A stretch of DNA of 64,000 nt from an uncultured Eubacteriales bacterium (GTDB lineage Bacteria > Bacillota > Clostridia > Peptostreptococcales > Anaerovoracaceae): assembly GCA_910583765.1 (NCBI GenBank), contig CAJTYS010000019.1, positions 7,246-71,245 of the forward strand. The letters are read 5' to 3'. The translations under genes were made by a program, and so were the position numbers. This document shows, piece after piece, positions 30,285-39,624 of the stretch; within the stretch, counting starts at the first letter, position 1, and the number at the start of each line of letters is the position of its first letter. The notes under the pieces were generated by a model. The model worked only from the letters and a program-made list of their open reading frames with translations, searched no databases and was not told the origin of the DNA.

Positions 30285-31181
30285 ATGGCAAAAATTATTG
30301 AAAGCGTACCAAATATCAGTGAAGGAAGAGATAAAACCATTATCGAGGCCTGCGTGGATCAGATCCGCGAAACACCTGGCTGCACGCTGCTGGACTATTC
30401 CTCGGACCCAAGCCACAACCGGAGCGTCATCACTTACATGGGAAGCCCGGAAGCTTGTGAGGAGGCTAGCGTGAAGCTGGCGAAAAAGGCTGTGGAACTG
30501 ATCGACTTGACAAAGCACACAGGCGAACATCCGCGGATGGGCTGCGTTGACGTGATGCCTTTCATCCCCATCAAAGAGGCCACTATGGATGACTGCGTGG
30601 AGCTTTCCAAAAAAGTAGGCGCACGCATTGCCCAGGAAGCCGATCTTCCGGTATTTTTGTATGAAAAATCAGCCTCCGCGCCTCACCGGGAAAACCTGGC
30701 AAAAGTGCGCAAAGGCCAGTTCGAGGGTATGGCGGAAAAAGTGAAAGATCCTGACTGGATCCCAGACTTCGGCGGCCAGAGGATCCATCCTACCGGCGGG
30801 GCCGTATGCGTGGGCGCAAGGCCGCCGCTCATCGCCTACAACATCAACCTGGGAACCGACAATCTGGAGATCGCCAGCAAGATCGGCAAGATCATCCGCA
30901 AATCAAACGGCGGGTTAGATTGCGTAAAGGCTATGGGCGTTATGCTGGAAGATCGAAATATCGCACAGGTCTCCATCAACATGACAGACTTTACCGTGAC
31001 TCCGCTTTACCGGGTCAACGAGCTGGTGAAAGTGGAGGCCGCCCGCTATGGCGTGCCTGTCATTGGCACAGAGCTCATCGGCCTCACACCGATGCAGGCC
31101 CTCTTTGACGCAGCGGAATATTATCTGCAGATTGAAGATTTCAAGCCGGATGTTCAGGTGATCGAGAACCATTTGCTGTAA
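30285..31181 (+). CDS. ftcd: Glutamate formiminotransferase
   Basis: ESVPNISEGR, HNRSV, GEHPRMG, GARPPLIAYN, AQVSIN. Confidence 0.95.
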   Translation: MAKIIESVPNISEGRDKTIIEACVDQIRETPGCTLLDYSSDPSHNRSVITYMGSPEACEEASVKLAKKAVELIDLTKHTGEHPRMGCVDVMPFIPIKEATMDDCVELSKKVGARIAQEADLPVFLYEKSASAPHRENLAKVRKGQFEGMAEKVKDPDWIPDFGGQRIHPTGGAVCVGARPPLIAYNINLGTDNLEIASKIGKIIRKSNGGLDCVKAMGVMLEDRNIAQVSINMTDFTVTPLYRVNELVKVEAARYGVPVIGTELIGLTPMQALFDAAEYYLQIEDFKPDVQVIENHLL

Positions 31182-31285
31182 AACCACGGATTTCCTTGAT
31201 ACGGGAAATTAAGAATAGATAACGCATGTAAAAAAGTTCTTGTCAAGCAACTAGAAAGCTTCTCTATTTCAAGTTTATTATCTCC

Positions 31286-31335
31286 ACGTAATATTACGTA
31301 TTTTTATTGATTTACGTAATATTACGTGTTATAAT
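31286..31335 (+). promoter_or_regulatory. hicAB promoter with two palindromic operators
   Basis: ACGTAATATTACGT at 31286-31299 and 31314-31327; -35 TTGATT (31307-31312), 17 bp, -10 TATAAT (31330-31335). Confidence 0.85.
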
Positions 31336-31366
31336 GTTTTATAATAAGAAAAGGAGCCATAGCAAA

Positions 31367-31555
31367 ATGCCAATGACACCACGAGAGATGATCAAGCATC
31401 TGAAGAAAAACGGTTTCCAAGAAGTCGGCCGAAATGGTTCCCATGTAAAAATGAGGAATACTGTGACTGGTCATCAGACGGAAGTTCCTTATCACAGCAC
31501 TGCTCTGAAAAAAGGGCTGGAGCAGGCTATACTCAAACAGGCAGGGCTCAAGTGA
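31367..31555 (+). CDS. hicA: HicA toxin
   Basis: LKKNGF...GSHVK...VPYH...ILKQAGL; AAGGAG RBS before ATG 31367. Confidence 0.92.
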   Translation: MPMTPREMIKHLKKNGFQEVGRNGSHVKMRNTVTGHQTEVPYHSTALKKGLEQAILKQAGLK

Positions 31556-31571
31556 CTCTACTTTTCAAAAT

Positions 31572-31979
31572 ATGGAGGCAACTATGAAAAAACTATTTTA
31601 TCCCGCATTGTTTCACAAAGCAGAAGAAGGTGGTTTCTGGGTGTCTTTTCCCGATATCCCTGAATGCCTTACACAGGGCGATGACATGACACAAGCTTAT
31701 GAAATGGCGGTGGAAGCGTTGGGATTGGCTTTGGTTTGCCGGGAAAAAGAACAGCAGCCTTTCCCTCCTATTTCTGATCCTACTGAAATCACCCCTAACC
31801 CTGACTCTTTCCTTGTTGTGATCGAATTCGACATGCTTGCGTACAAAAAACGCACAAGTTCTCGAGCGGTCAAAAAAACTTTGAGTATTCCCGAATGGCT
31901 CAATGAAGCAGCAATGGCAATGGATTTAAACTTTTCTCAGATCCTTCAAGAGGCTCTAATCGCAAGGATACAAGCATAA
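31572..31979 (+). CDS. hicB: HicB antitoxin
   Basis: YPALF, VSFPD, TQGD, C-terminal VKKTLSIPEWLN...NFSQILQEAL. Confidence 0.92.
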   Translation: MEATMKKLFYPALFHKAEEGGFWVSFPDIPECLTQGDDMTQAYEMAVEALGLALVCREKEQQPFPPISDPTEITPNPDSFLVVIEFDMLAYKKRTSSRAVKKTLSIPEWLNEAAMAMDLNFSQILQEALIARIQA

Positions 31980-32030
31980 TGATCTGTCTTTTTATATCAG
32001 CTCCGTCTTTCCTCTGCGGGAGGCCTTACC

Positions 32031-33002
32031 ATGAAAGAAATATCCATCCTAGAAATCGAAAACATCAAAATCGGAAACGCCGAGGACCGAGAAGGCGCAA
32101 CAGGCTGCACTGTGATCCTGGCAGAAAAAGGCGCGACAGCTGGCGTGGATGTGCGAGGCGGCGGACCTGCCAGCCGAGAAACCCAGCTATTGAACCCTGT
32201 GGCAGCAGCAGAAGTCATCCATGCTGTGCTCCTCAGTGGAGGCAGCGCTTTTGGCCTGGACGCAGCCGGCGGCGTGATGAAGTATCTGGAGCAACGGGAT
32301 ATCGGCGTTGACACCGGCGTGGCGAAAGTTCCGCTGGTATGCGCATCCTGCCTCTTCGACCTGCAGCTAGTGACCAAAGATGTCAGGCCGGACAAGGAAA
32401 TGGGCTACCGAGCCTGCGTTAATGCTGATCAGGGCAGCGGCAATTATCAGGACGGCAATTTTGGCGCAGGAACCGGAGCCACTGTAGGAAAATTCAAAGG
32501 GCCTGACCATATGATGAAAACCGGCATTGGCAGCTATGCATCGCAGGTAGGCGATATACAAGTAGGCGCAGTGGTAGCGGTCAATGCGCTTGGCGATATC
32601 TTCGATCATGCCACGGGCTTGCAGATCGCAGGCCTGCTCAATGAGGAAAAAAACGGCCTCCTCTCCACGGAGCAAGAGATGTACAAACAGGCTGGAGAAA
32701 TCAGGGACTTGTTCACTGGAAATACCACCATTGGCGCAGTGATCACCAATGCCAAATTCTCGAAAACGCAGATGAACAAAATCGCGGCCATGGCACAGAA
32801 CGGTTACGCCAGGTCCATTCGGCCTGTCCACACCCAAGCGGACGGTGACACTCTATACGCATTGTCAGTAGGCGATGTAACCGCAGACATCAACGCCGTG
32901 GGCACCCTAGCAGCTCAGGTGACGGCGGAAGCCATCAAGAAAGCTGTGTTTTCCGCAGAATCCGCTTACGGGCTGCTATCAGCCAGGGATCTATTGAAAT
33001 AA
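32031..33002 (+). CDS. P1/S58 (DmpA-like) peptidase
   Basis: TGCTVI, DVRGGGPASRET, LSGGSAFGL, GAGTGATVGK, NTTIG, DGDT. Confidence 0.88.
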   Translation: MKEISILEIENIKIGNAEDREGATGCTVILAEKGATAGVDVRGGGPASRETQLLNPVAAAEVIHAVLLSGGSAFGLDAAGGVMKYLEQRDIGVDTGVAKVPLVCASCLFDLQLVTKDVRPDKEMGYRACVNADQGSGNYQDGNFGAGTGATVGKFKGPDHMMKTGIGSYASQVGDIQVGAVVAVNALGDIFDHATGLQIAGLLNEEKNGLLSTEQEMYKQAGEIRDLFTGNTTIGAVITNAKFSKTQMNKIAAMAQNGYARSIRPVHTQADGDTLYALSVGDVTADINAVGTLAAQVTAEAIKKAVFSAESAYGLLSARDLLK

Positions 33003-33028
33003 AAACAACGGCCTTTTACGACTTGACG

Positions 33029-33069
33029 AAGAGCAGAGCCTGATGGTCAAAGCCCTGCTCTTACTTTTT
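33029..33069. terminator. Terminator hairpin at the left edge of the RM islet
   Basis: AAGAGCAG...CTGCTCTT followed by a T-rich tract. Confidence 0.55.
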
Positions 33070-33126
33070 CTATTATCCTTTTCACTTAGCTTTAACGAAG
33101 CTTCATTTCTTATAGGCCAATCCATA

Positions 33127-35877
33127 TTACTTCACAGCATAACGGGTGTGTTGCATGGATAACAAAGACCGTTTCATTGACTCATACAAATTTTCATGCC
33201 CTATAGCACGCAAGATTTTGCGATCAAAACTTTCCCGCTCCTGATCCTCTAACTCATTTGTAGTATCCATCACATTACGATGCTTTATTTTTTCAAATCG
33301 TTCTACAATCTCTTTTGCATCCTGTTCTGAAATCTTCTTCGGATTTATCATATATATTCGTTTTAATTTTGTGCTGCTTGCGTCCAAAACACCTAAGCCT
33401 CGCCCAAATCCAATTGCTTCAATCGCGAACATGCCATATAAAGAATTCATTAATGCATGTAAAAGGTCAGCTGAAACACTCGCGTCCTTAACTAGCATCC
33501 TCGTAAAACGCTGATCAACAAATGTACTCTCATCAAACTTTGATACAAATAAACGTTTATCCGGATTAATTGCAGTAACAAAATCTGCCTTTGCCTCATC
33601 GTTCATTTCATACCAAAACTGTCCTGGTTTTTTTAATGCTTGTGGCAATGGCTTACCTGTTCCATTTTTAAGGTTTTCAAACTTTTCAATCCATCTCAAT
33701 GCGCCGGTGTGTCCTAACTGTTTTAACTCTTCTTTAGATTTATGGCAACAAAACGCAACAATGTCTGCTTGTGCGATAAACGACTTCAAGCATGCAGGGT
33801 TCTTTAGAACAGGCTTCATATATTCAGATTCAATCCCATGGTCTGCTGTTGGATAAAATAAGTCGTTCCACCCTCTGCGCTCACCCCTTTTCACTACAAG
33901 CATTTCTCCAAGTGGTATCAAGCAGTCGCTTAACTCTTCTACCCACGACACATCATGAAAAAGGGCATTCATGACAATTCCATTTCTTGTTATCTGCTCA
34001 ATCATACCAATTGTATAATTTTTTAGCGAGAGAATGGATGGATCGATCTCCTCTCCCAGCACGATACTATTTATAATTGTTTCCTGTTGGCCCGCAGCAA
34101 GCTGATTGATATCTTTATGGACTAGCCAAAAATCTATGCTAGCTTTTTTATCGGGTTTAGCTACAGTTCTTTTCTGCAATACCAGCAAGGTTGTCACCAC
34201 ATCTGCGTTTTGAAACCATCGTTTACAATCGCTCATTATTACTGCACAAATATCATAATAGTACTGCAAAGCTTGAAAATATTTTTTCCCAATATCTGTA
34301 CCTAACCATGAATTTGAAATAATGATTCCCAATCTTCCATTTTCCTCTAGCAACTCATGCAATTTGAATGGTAAATAGTTGTATAAATCTGTTTTTCCCG
34401 CAGTGAACGCAATACCTGTGCTCTCCTTGATCCTCTGCCTATATTTTTCAATGTATTCGACTTCATCTGCCGCGATTTTATTGTATGCAACAAATGGCAA
34501 GTTGGACACAATTGCTCCAAAAGCAGGTATCTCTTTTTCTAAACTGCTTCCATTGGTTGGGCTTTTTAATTCTATCTTGTCTCCTATGTTTATTTCGAAT
34601 ACATCTGCTTGGAACAAATTTAGAGGAAGATTGATGGCCTCTATATTGGTCACAGCAATATTTGCAATCTGTAATGGGTACGCATATTTATCTGACATCC
34701 ATGTCGTCATAAATGATACGTTACTATTATGCAATCGATTTTCCTTATTTCTGATTATTGATTTCGCGATCGTACCTGTTCCCGCACAGAAATCCGCGCA
34801 TTGTGTACTCCAATCTTGAATGGTTATTTGACAAAGTAAATCCGCTAAACAAGCTGGCGTGGTATACTGGCCTCGGATTTCACGCTTTGCAGTATGAACC
34901 GTCTTTTCCAGGATATTCTGTAAGACGCTTTGATCCACTTTTTCTATGTTGTTCGCAATCAAAAATTGATTGTAGTCCACAATGTCAAGCCATGTGTCCG
35001 CAGGTATTATTTCATTAAATTCCAGTTTCTGAAACACATTATAAAAATCCCCTTCCTCTACAATGCGATCAATAATGGCATTGCCTTCGGCAGGTATGGA
35101 ATTTCTGTTGATTCCGTCAATTTTATAAGCGCAATTATGATACTTTTTGATTGTATTGGCAAACATGACTCTATTTGTCCAATTTAACAAAATCGACTTT
35201 GCATATGCAGTATACATGTCCTTTTCATCTTGAGCGTATTCTTCATGAAAAGCATTCCACCATAGCCTGATCCTACTTTCCATTTTCATGTTCCTGCTTA
35301 CTTCAATGCTAAGATTTTCCGCGACTATATCTTTATTTTTCTGAATAATCGCGCTCATCAGGCCATCAGACACCGTTATGGCCACTGGCAAGGTGGAGAT
35401 AGCGCCCTTGACAAAAAAGTCATTGACAGTCAGCACAATATCTTGAATAATTGGCAGCCATTCCGCTTTATAGGTCTCCACATCTTCGCGTTTTTTTATA
35501 TGATTTGTTCCGCTCCATGTTCTAACCTCTTTAAAATCATCCTCATCATCTTTTATGTATAGTTTTCCATATGTAAAATTCCAGATTACAAAGCTATTCA
35601 CCCCTAAAGCGTTGGCTTTCCTTGTTGCATCTTTAATCAGCGCCTCATCTGTGATTAGGACGTCAGGCATCTTAAGCTCCCACCCCTGTAAAATTTTGTT
35701 TTGAGCCTTATCTTCATAAAGTAACACATCTGGAAACATGCTTTTCTTATTTACAGACAGCGTGCTTTCCCCTCCAACACTCTTAATCTTGATACGCATC
35801 TGATCAAGCATTGTTTTTATTTCTGAAATAATAACAATCCCCCAGCTTCTCTCATTGCGCCTAACAATGGTCCCCAT
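33127..35877 (-). CDS. Type IIG-like fused restriction endonuclease / N6-adenine methyltransferase
   Basis: N-terminal FPDVLL...GWELK nuclease motif; GQYTTP; SAM motif DFCAGTGT; catalytic motif variant SNLPF; long C-terminal TRD-like region; AT-rich. Confidence 0.78.
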   Translation of the reverse strand: MGTIVRRNERSWGIVIISEIKTMLDQMRIKIKSVGGESTLSVNKKSMFPDVLLYEDKAQNKILQGWELKMPDVLITDEALIKDATRKANALGVNSFVIWNFTYGKLYIKDDEDDFKEVRTWSGTNHIKKREDVETYKAEWLPIIQDIVLTVNDFFVKGAISTLPVAITVSDGLMSAIIQKNKDIVAENLSIEVSRNMKMESRIRLWWNAFHEEYAQDEKDMYTAYAKSILLNWTNRVMFANTIKKYHNCAYKIDGINRNSIPAEGNAIIDRIVEEGDFYNVFQKLEFNEIIPADTWLDIVDYNQFLIANNIEKVDQSVLQNILEKTVHTAKREIRGQYTTPACLADLLCQITIQDWSTQCADFCAGTGTIAKSIIRNKENRLHNSNVSFMTTWMSDKYAYPLQIANIAVTNIEAINLPLNLFQADVFEINIGDKIELKSPTNGSSLEKEIPAFGAIVSNLPFVAYNKIAADEVEYIEKYRQRIKESTGIAFTAGKTDLYNYLPFKLHELLEENGRLGIIISNSWLGTDIGKKYFQALQYYYDICAVIMSDCKRWFQNADVVTTLLVLQKRTVAKPDKKASIDFWLVHKDINQLAAGQQETIINSIVLGEEIDPSILSLKNYTIGMIEQITRNGIVMNALFHDVSWVEELSDCLIPLGEMLVVKRGERRGWNDLFYPTADHGIESEYMKPVLKNPACLKSFIAQADIVAFCCHKSKEELKQLGHTGALRWIEKFENLKNGTGKPLPQALKKPGQFWYEMNDEAKADFVTAINPDKRLFVSKFDESTFVDQRFTRMLVKDASVSADLLHALMNSLYGMFAIEAIGFGRGLGVLDASSTKLKRIYMINPKKISEQDAKEIVERFEKIKHRNVMDTTNELEDQERESFDRKILRAIGHENLYESMKRSLLSMQHTRYAVK

Positions 35878-35883
35878 GCCCCT

Positions 35884-36762
35884 CTACCTTTCTACGAACT
35901 CTGATATTAGATTCTCCACTTTTATATATTTGCGAACATTGCTGTCCAATTGCTCCCATGCCAAAAATAGCCTTCTTTTCGCTACGTCTATGTAATCTAT
36001 TTCCTCTCTCTTAAACAATGCAACGTCTTCGTTTTTCTCAATACCAATAAAGTTACGCCCTTCTATTAAGGCTGCTACTAAAAATGATCCGCTTCCAAAT
36101 GTATTATCTAGCACGATATCCCCTGGATTTGTATAAGTTCGTATCATATATCTCCCTAATTCTATTGGCTTTTGCGTTGGATGCAGCACCGCTCCCTCAG
36201 ATTCGGCGGTTTTCACATAGATAATATCCGTTGGATATCGCTTTCCCTCACTTGCCACATGCACAGGGTCAAAGTCACCGTAGTTTCCACACAGCTGATT
36301 TTTTCTGATGCCTTTATCATACGGTGTTCCCTCTGTCATCTGTGGATGATAAGTCGGCTGTTTTTTATAAAAAACACATACATCCTCGTGCTTTCTGAGA
36401 GGTTGTTTTTTTGCGTTCAAAAAATTGGTTGGCTTTGATTTCTCCCAAACCCACTTGTATTTGTATATATTCGGTTGACTCAAAATCAATTTTGCTGTAA
36501 AAATACCATTTGAAGTTAATACAATCGCGCCATTAGGTTTAATGATCCGGTTATATTGCTTCCATAATTCATCCAATGAAATATAACAGTCCCACTCATT
36601 CTGTGTCATGCCGTATGGCAAATCACAAAGAATCATATCAATGCTTTCATCTGGTATTCGATTCATATACTCAAGACAGTCACCCTCGAATAATCGATTG
36701 ATCACCGCACCCATATCTGCTCTTGAACTATTCTTGCTTTTCATGAAAATCTCCTTGCTCAC
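35884..36762 (-). CDS. Beta-class N4/N6 DNA methyltransferase
   Basis: GDCLE, CDLPYG, HPTQKP, VLDNTFGSGS, FIGIE (catalytic motif precedes SAM motif). Confidence 0.92.
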   Translation of the reverse strand: MSKEIFMKSKNSSRADMGAVINRLFEGDCLEYMNRIPDESIDMILCDLPYGMTQNEWDCYISLDELWKQYNRIIKPNGAIVLTSNGIFTAKLILSQPNIYKYKWVWEKSKPTNFLNAKKQPLRKHEDVCVFYKKQPTYHPQMTEGTPYDKGIRKNQLCGNYGDFDPVHVASEGKRYPTDIIYVKTAESEGAVLHPTQKPIELGRYMIRTYTNPGDIVLDNTFGSGSFLVAALIEGRNFIGIEKNEDVALFKREEIDYIDVAKRRLFLAWEQLDSNVRKYIKVENLISEFVER

Positions 36763-36870
36763 TTGTGTTCTGTGTATTACATAATAACATATTTCATTTC
36801 AGAACACAAGTTCTTTTTATGGAATTTTTTTCTATATATTAAAACGTCTCTTATGAGTATGAGCCGCGCG

Positions 36871-38082
36871 TTAGTCCGTAAGGCCCAACATCCAATCTCT
36901 GGCGTTCAGGCGGCGAATCCCATCATACTGCGCTTCCGGATCTTCATCCAGCGTCAAAATAACCTTTGGATAATGATCGCGGATGGACTGGAGCGGCCGC
37001 AGCTCCCGCTCCAATGTCTTTTCATCGCGGACAGTCAGAGCCACCTGAAAATATGCGGTCCCTTTGCTGTTTTGAGCCACAAAATCCACCTCAAACTCAC
37101 CGACTTTCCCCACATAAACATCGTACCACCGCCGCAAAAGCTCCAGGTATACGACGTTTTCTAAAATATGGCCCGCGTCCGCCTGCCTGGATCCGATGAG
37201 CATGAGTCGCATACCAATATCGACCACATAATACTTTTCAAGGGTCTTCAAATACTGTTTGCCCTTGATGTTGTACCGCTTCGCCTGATAGATGACATAG
37301 CTTTCGGCCAATGCCTCCAGATATTTCTCCACGGTCTTCACATCGATCTTTCGACCACTGGAGGTCATGGTGTCAGCGATCTTTTTCGAGGACAAGGGGC
37401 TGCCGATATTGTCAAACACAAAGCGCAGGATGCTCTTTAACATCATGGTATCGGTGATTTTCTTCCGGTCCACGATATCCTTTACCACGATGGTATTGTA
37501 GATTCCTTCCAGATAATCCCTAATTTCCTCTGGCTGCCCTTTCAATGCCAAGGTGTAGGGAAAGGAGCTGTTCTGCAGATACTCCGTGTATTTGACGCCC
37601 CTATCATCCATGCTTCCTGTGCTTTCCATATATTCTTTGAAAGAAAGGGGCAGCATCTCGATCTGGACATATCGTCCGGATATCAGGGTGGCGATTTCAC
37701 CGGAGAGCATATACGCATTTGAACCTGTGATGTAAATATCCACGTTTTTCTTGATATACAGACTGTCAACGACTTTTGGAAAATCCTTTACATGGTGGAC
37801 TTCATCCAAAAAGATATATGTCATCTCCTCTTTTACCAGGCGTTCTTTTAAATATGCGTATAATTTTTTATAATCCGTCAGCTCTTCATAATCCAGGTCT
37901 TCAAAGTTGATGGCTATGATCCGTTCCTCTGGCACGCCCTGTTCTTTCAGCCAGTGCTGATAGAGTTCCAGCAATGTGGATTTTCCACAGCGTCTGATGC
38001 CTGTGACGATTTTGATCAGCTGTTTGTCCTTGAAAGAGATCAGCTTGTTCAAATATTCGACTCTCTGTATCACCATGATCAC
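36871..38082 (-). CDS. AAA_14 ATPase with DUF4143 domain (second copy)
   Basis: GIRRCGKS, FLDEV, ITGSN, KYYVVDIG, LENVVYLELLRR, EVDFVA. Confidence 0.9.
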   Translation of the reverse strand: MIMVIQRVEYLNKLISFKDKQLIKIVTGIRRCGKSTLLELYQHWLKEQGVPEERIIAINFEDLDYEELTDYKKLYAYLKERLVKEEMTYIFLDEVHHVKDFPKVVDSLYIKKNVDIYITGSNAYMLSGEIATLISGRYVQIEMLPLSFKEYMESTGSMDDRGVKYTEYLQNSSFPYTLALKGQPEEIRDYLEGIYNTIVVKDIVDRKKITDTMMLKSILRFVFDNIGSPLSSKKIADTMTSSGRKIDVKTVEKYLEALAESYVIYQAKRYNIKGKQYLKTLEKYYVVDIGMRLMLIGSRQADAGHILENVVYLELLRRWYDVYVGKVGEFEVDFVAQNSKGTAYFQVALTVRDEKTLERELRPLQSIRDHYPKVILTLDEDPEAQYDGIRRLNARDWMLGLTD

Positions 38083-38111
38083 ACCTTTCCTTGATTTATA
38101 CCCCTATTGTA

Positions 38112-38186
38112 TCCAAAAACTTTATTAAAAACAATAGTTTTTGGATTATACTCCAAAAACTTTATATTTCTATCTTTTTTTTGGAT
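38112..38186. repeat. Two tandem inverted-repeat units with 40-bp period upstream of the AAA_14 gene
   Basis: TCCAAAAACTTTAT at 38112 and 38152; TTTTTGGAT at 38138 and 38178. Confidence 0.75.
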
Positions 38187-38321
38187 TCAAAAACATTCGT
38201 AAGTACCGACCAGCTGCAATATCAGTTTTCCACTTGCTTCATGATTTATACTGGCCTTTTCCCGCTTATGTGCTTTCCACTAAAACACACAACATTTTTT
38301 AGTAAAATCCACAAAAAATCC

Positions 38322-38350
38322 TTTACAGCAAGAAAAGAACGTGGTAGAAT
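38322..38350 (+). promoter_or_regulatory. Sigma-A promoter of the aro operon leader
   Basis: -35 TTTACA (38322-38327), 17 bp, extended -10 TGgTAGAAT (ends 38350). Confidence 0.75.
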
Positions 38351-38381
38351 GCTTACAGACTCAAAGGAAAGGATCAAAGAA

Positions 38382-38477
38382 ATGTTGAACAGGTTAGCTA
38401 CATTCGCAGCTGAATACTTTTATTTTTACTTTACTTACTTTTTCAAGCGTAAAGTGAATTTTGCTGCAATGGGATAA
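38382..38477 (+). CDS. Phe/Tyr-rich attenuator leader peptide (31 aa)
   Basis: AAGGAAAGGA RBS; MLNRLATFAAEYFYFYFTYFFKRKVNFAAMG; 9 of 10 consecutive codons are Tyr or Phe. Confidence 0.88.
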   Translation: MLNRLATFAAEYFYFYFTYFFKRKVNFAAMG

Positions 38478-38520
38478 CTCGTAAAACCTGATTTGATTTC
38501 AATCGTCACCGCGAGACATT

Positions 38521-38555
38521 CTCCGCAAGTAAAATTCACTTGCGGAGTTTTTATT
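38521..38555 (+). terminator. Attenuator terminator upstream of aroF
   Basis: Perfect 10-bp stem CTCCGCAAGT/ACTTGCGGAG followed by TTTTTATT. Confidence 0.9.
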
Positions 38556-38601
38556 ATGCAGGAAATAACAAGAGCATCAAAACAGAAAAGAGGAGAAAAA
38601 A

Positions 38602-39609
38602 ATGATCATCATCTTAAAGAGCAACCCTGAGGAAAAGCAACTGGAAAACCTGATTTCATGGCTAAAAAGCATGGACCTGGACATTCACTTCAGCAAAGGA
38701 GAAAGCACCACGATCCTTGGGCTGATCGGCGACACCAGCACAGTGGACATTGATCTGATCAATGCTCTGGACATCGTGGAAACCGTAAAGCGAGTGCAGG
38801 AGCCTTATAAAAACGTGAACCGCAAGTTCCATCCAAAAGACACAGTCGTGGATATTGCGGGTTCCAAGATCGGCGGCGGGAATTTCCAGATCATCGCTGG
38901 CCCTTGCTCCGTGGAATCCAAGGAACAGGTATGCGGCATTGCCACAGCTGTGAAAGAAGCAGGCGCTCATCTGCTGCGAGGCGGCGCGTTCAAACCAAGA
39001 ACATCGCCATATGCGTTCCAGGGCATGCGCTCCGAGGGCATTAACCTGCTGCTGGAAGCAAAAAAAGAGTCCGGCCTCCCCATTGTCACTGAGGTCATGG
39101 ACCTTTCCCATCTGCCACTCTTCGAGGAAGTGGACGTGATCCAGGTGGGCGCTAGGAACATGCAGAATTTTGAACTCCTGAAAGAGCTGGGCCATGTGGA
39201 CAAACCGATTCTTTTGAAACGAGGACTTTCCAGCACATTGCAGGAACTGCTCATGAGCGCGGAATACATCATGGCTGGTGGAAACGAAAGAGTCATTTTA
39301 TGCGAACGAGGCATCCGAACATTTGAGACCGCTACCAGAAACACCCTGGACTTGTCAGCGATTCCGCTCCTGCGGACCATGACTCATCTGCCAATCGTAG
39401 TCGATCCAAGCCACGCCACAGGCATCGCCCATTTAGTGAAACCAATGGCAATGGCAGCGGCAGCGGCTGGCGCGGACGGTCTGATGATCGAAGTCCACAA
39501 TGATCCGGCCCATGCGCTTTGTGATGGCGCGCAGTCCTTGACACCAGAAGCCTTCGCGGACGTAGTGACCGCGGTCAACGCGATCTTGCCTCACGCTTAC
39601 AAAGGCTAA
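38602..39609 (+). CDS. aroF: DAHP synthase type I-beta with N-terminal regulatory domain
   Basis: IAGPCSVE, RGGAFKPRTSPY, QVGARNMQNF, CERGIRTF, VDPSH. Confidence 0.96.
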   Translation: MIIILKSNPEEKQLENLISWLKSMDLDIHFSKGESTTILGLIGDTSTVDIDLINALDIVETVKRVQEPYKNVNRKFHPKDTVVDIAGSKIGGGNFQIIAGPCSVESKEQVCGIATAVKEAGAHLLRGGAFKPRTSPYAFQGMRSEGINLLLEAKKESGLPIVTEVMDLSHLPLFEEVDVIQVGARNMQNFELLKELGHVDKPILLKRGLSSTLQELLMSAEYIMAGGNERVILCERGIRTFETATRNTLDLSAIPLLRTMTHLPIVVDPSHATGIAHLVKPMAMAAAAAGADGLMIEVHNDPAHALCDGAQSLTPEAFADVVTAVNAILPHAYKG

Positions 39610-39624
39610 CCAAAGAAAGGCAGC

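Noticed and set aside
38091..38381. 128-aa ORF 38091-38477 as a real gene
   Set aside because: Its 5' part spans promoters and repeats; only the last 31 codons have an RBS
38350..38560. T-box riboswitch upstream of aroF
   Set aside because: No TGGNACC T-box motif or stem I signature; leader peptide plus antiterminator explains the region
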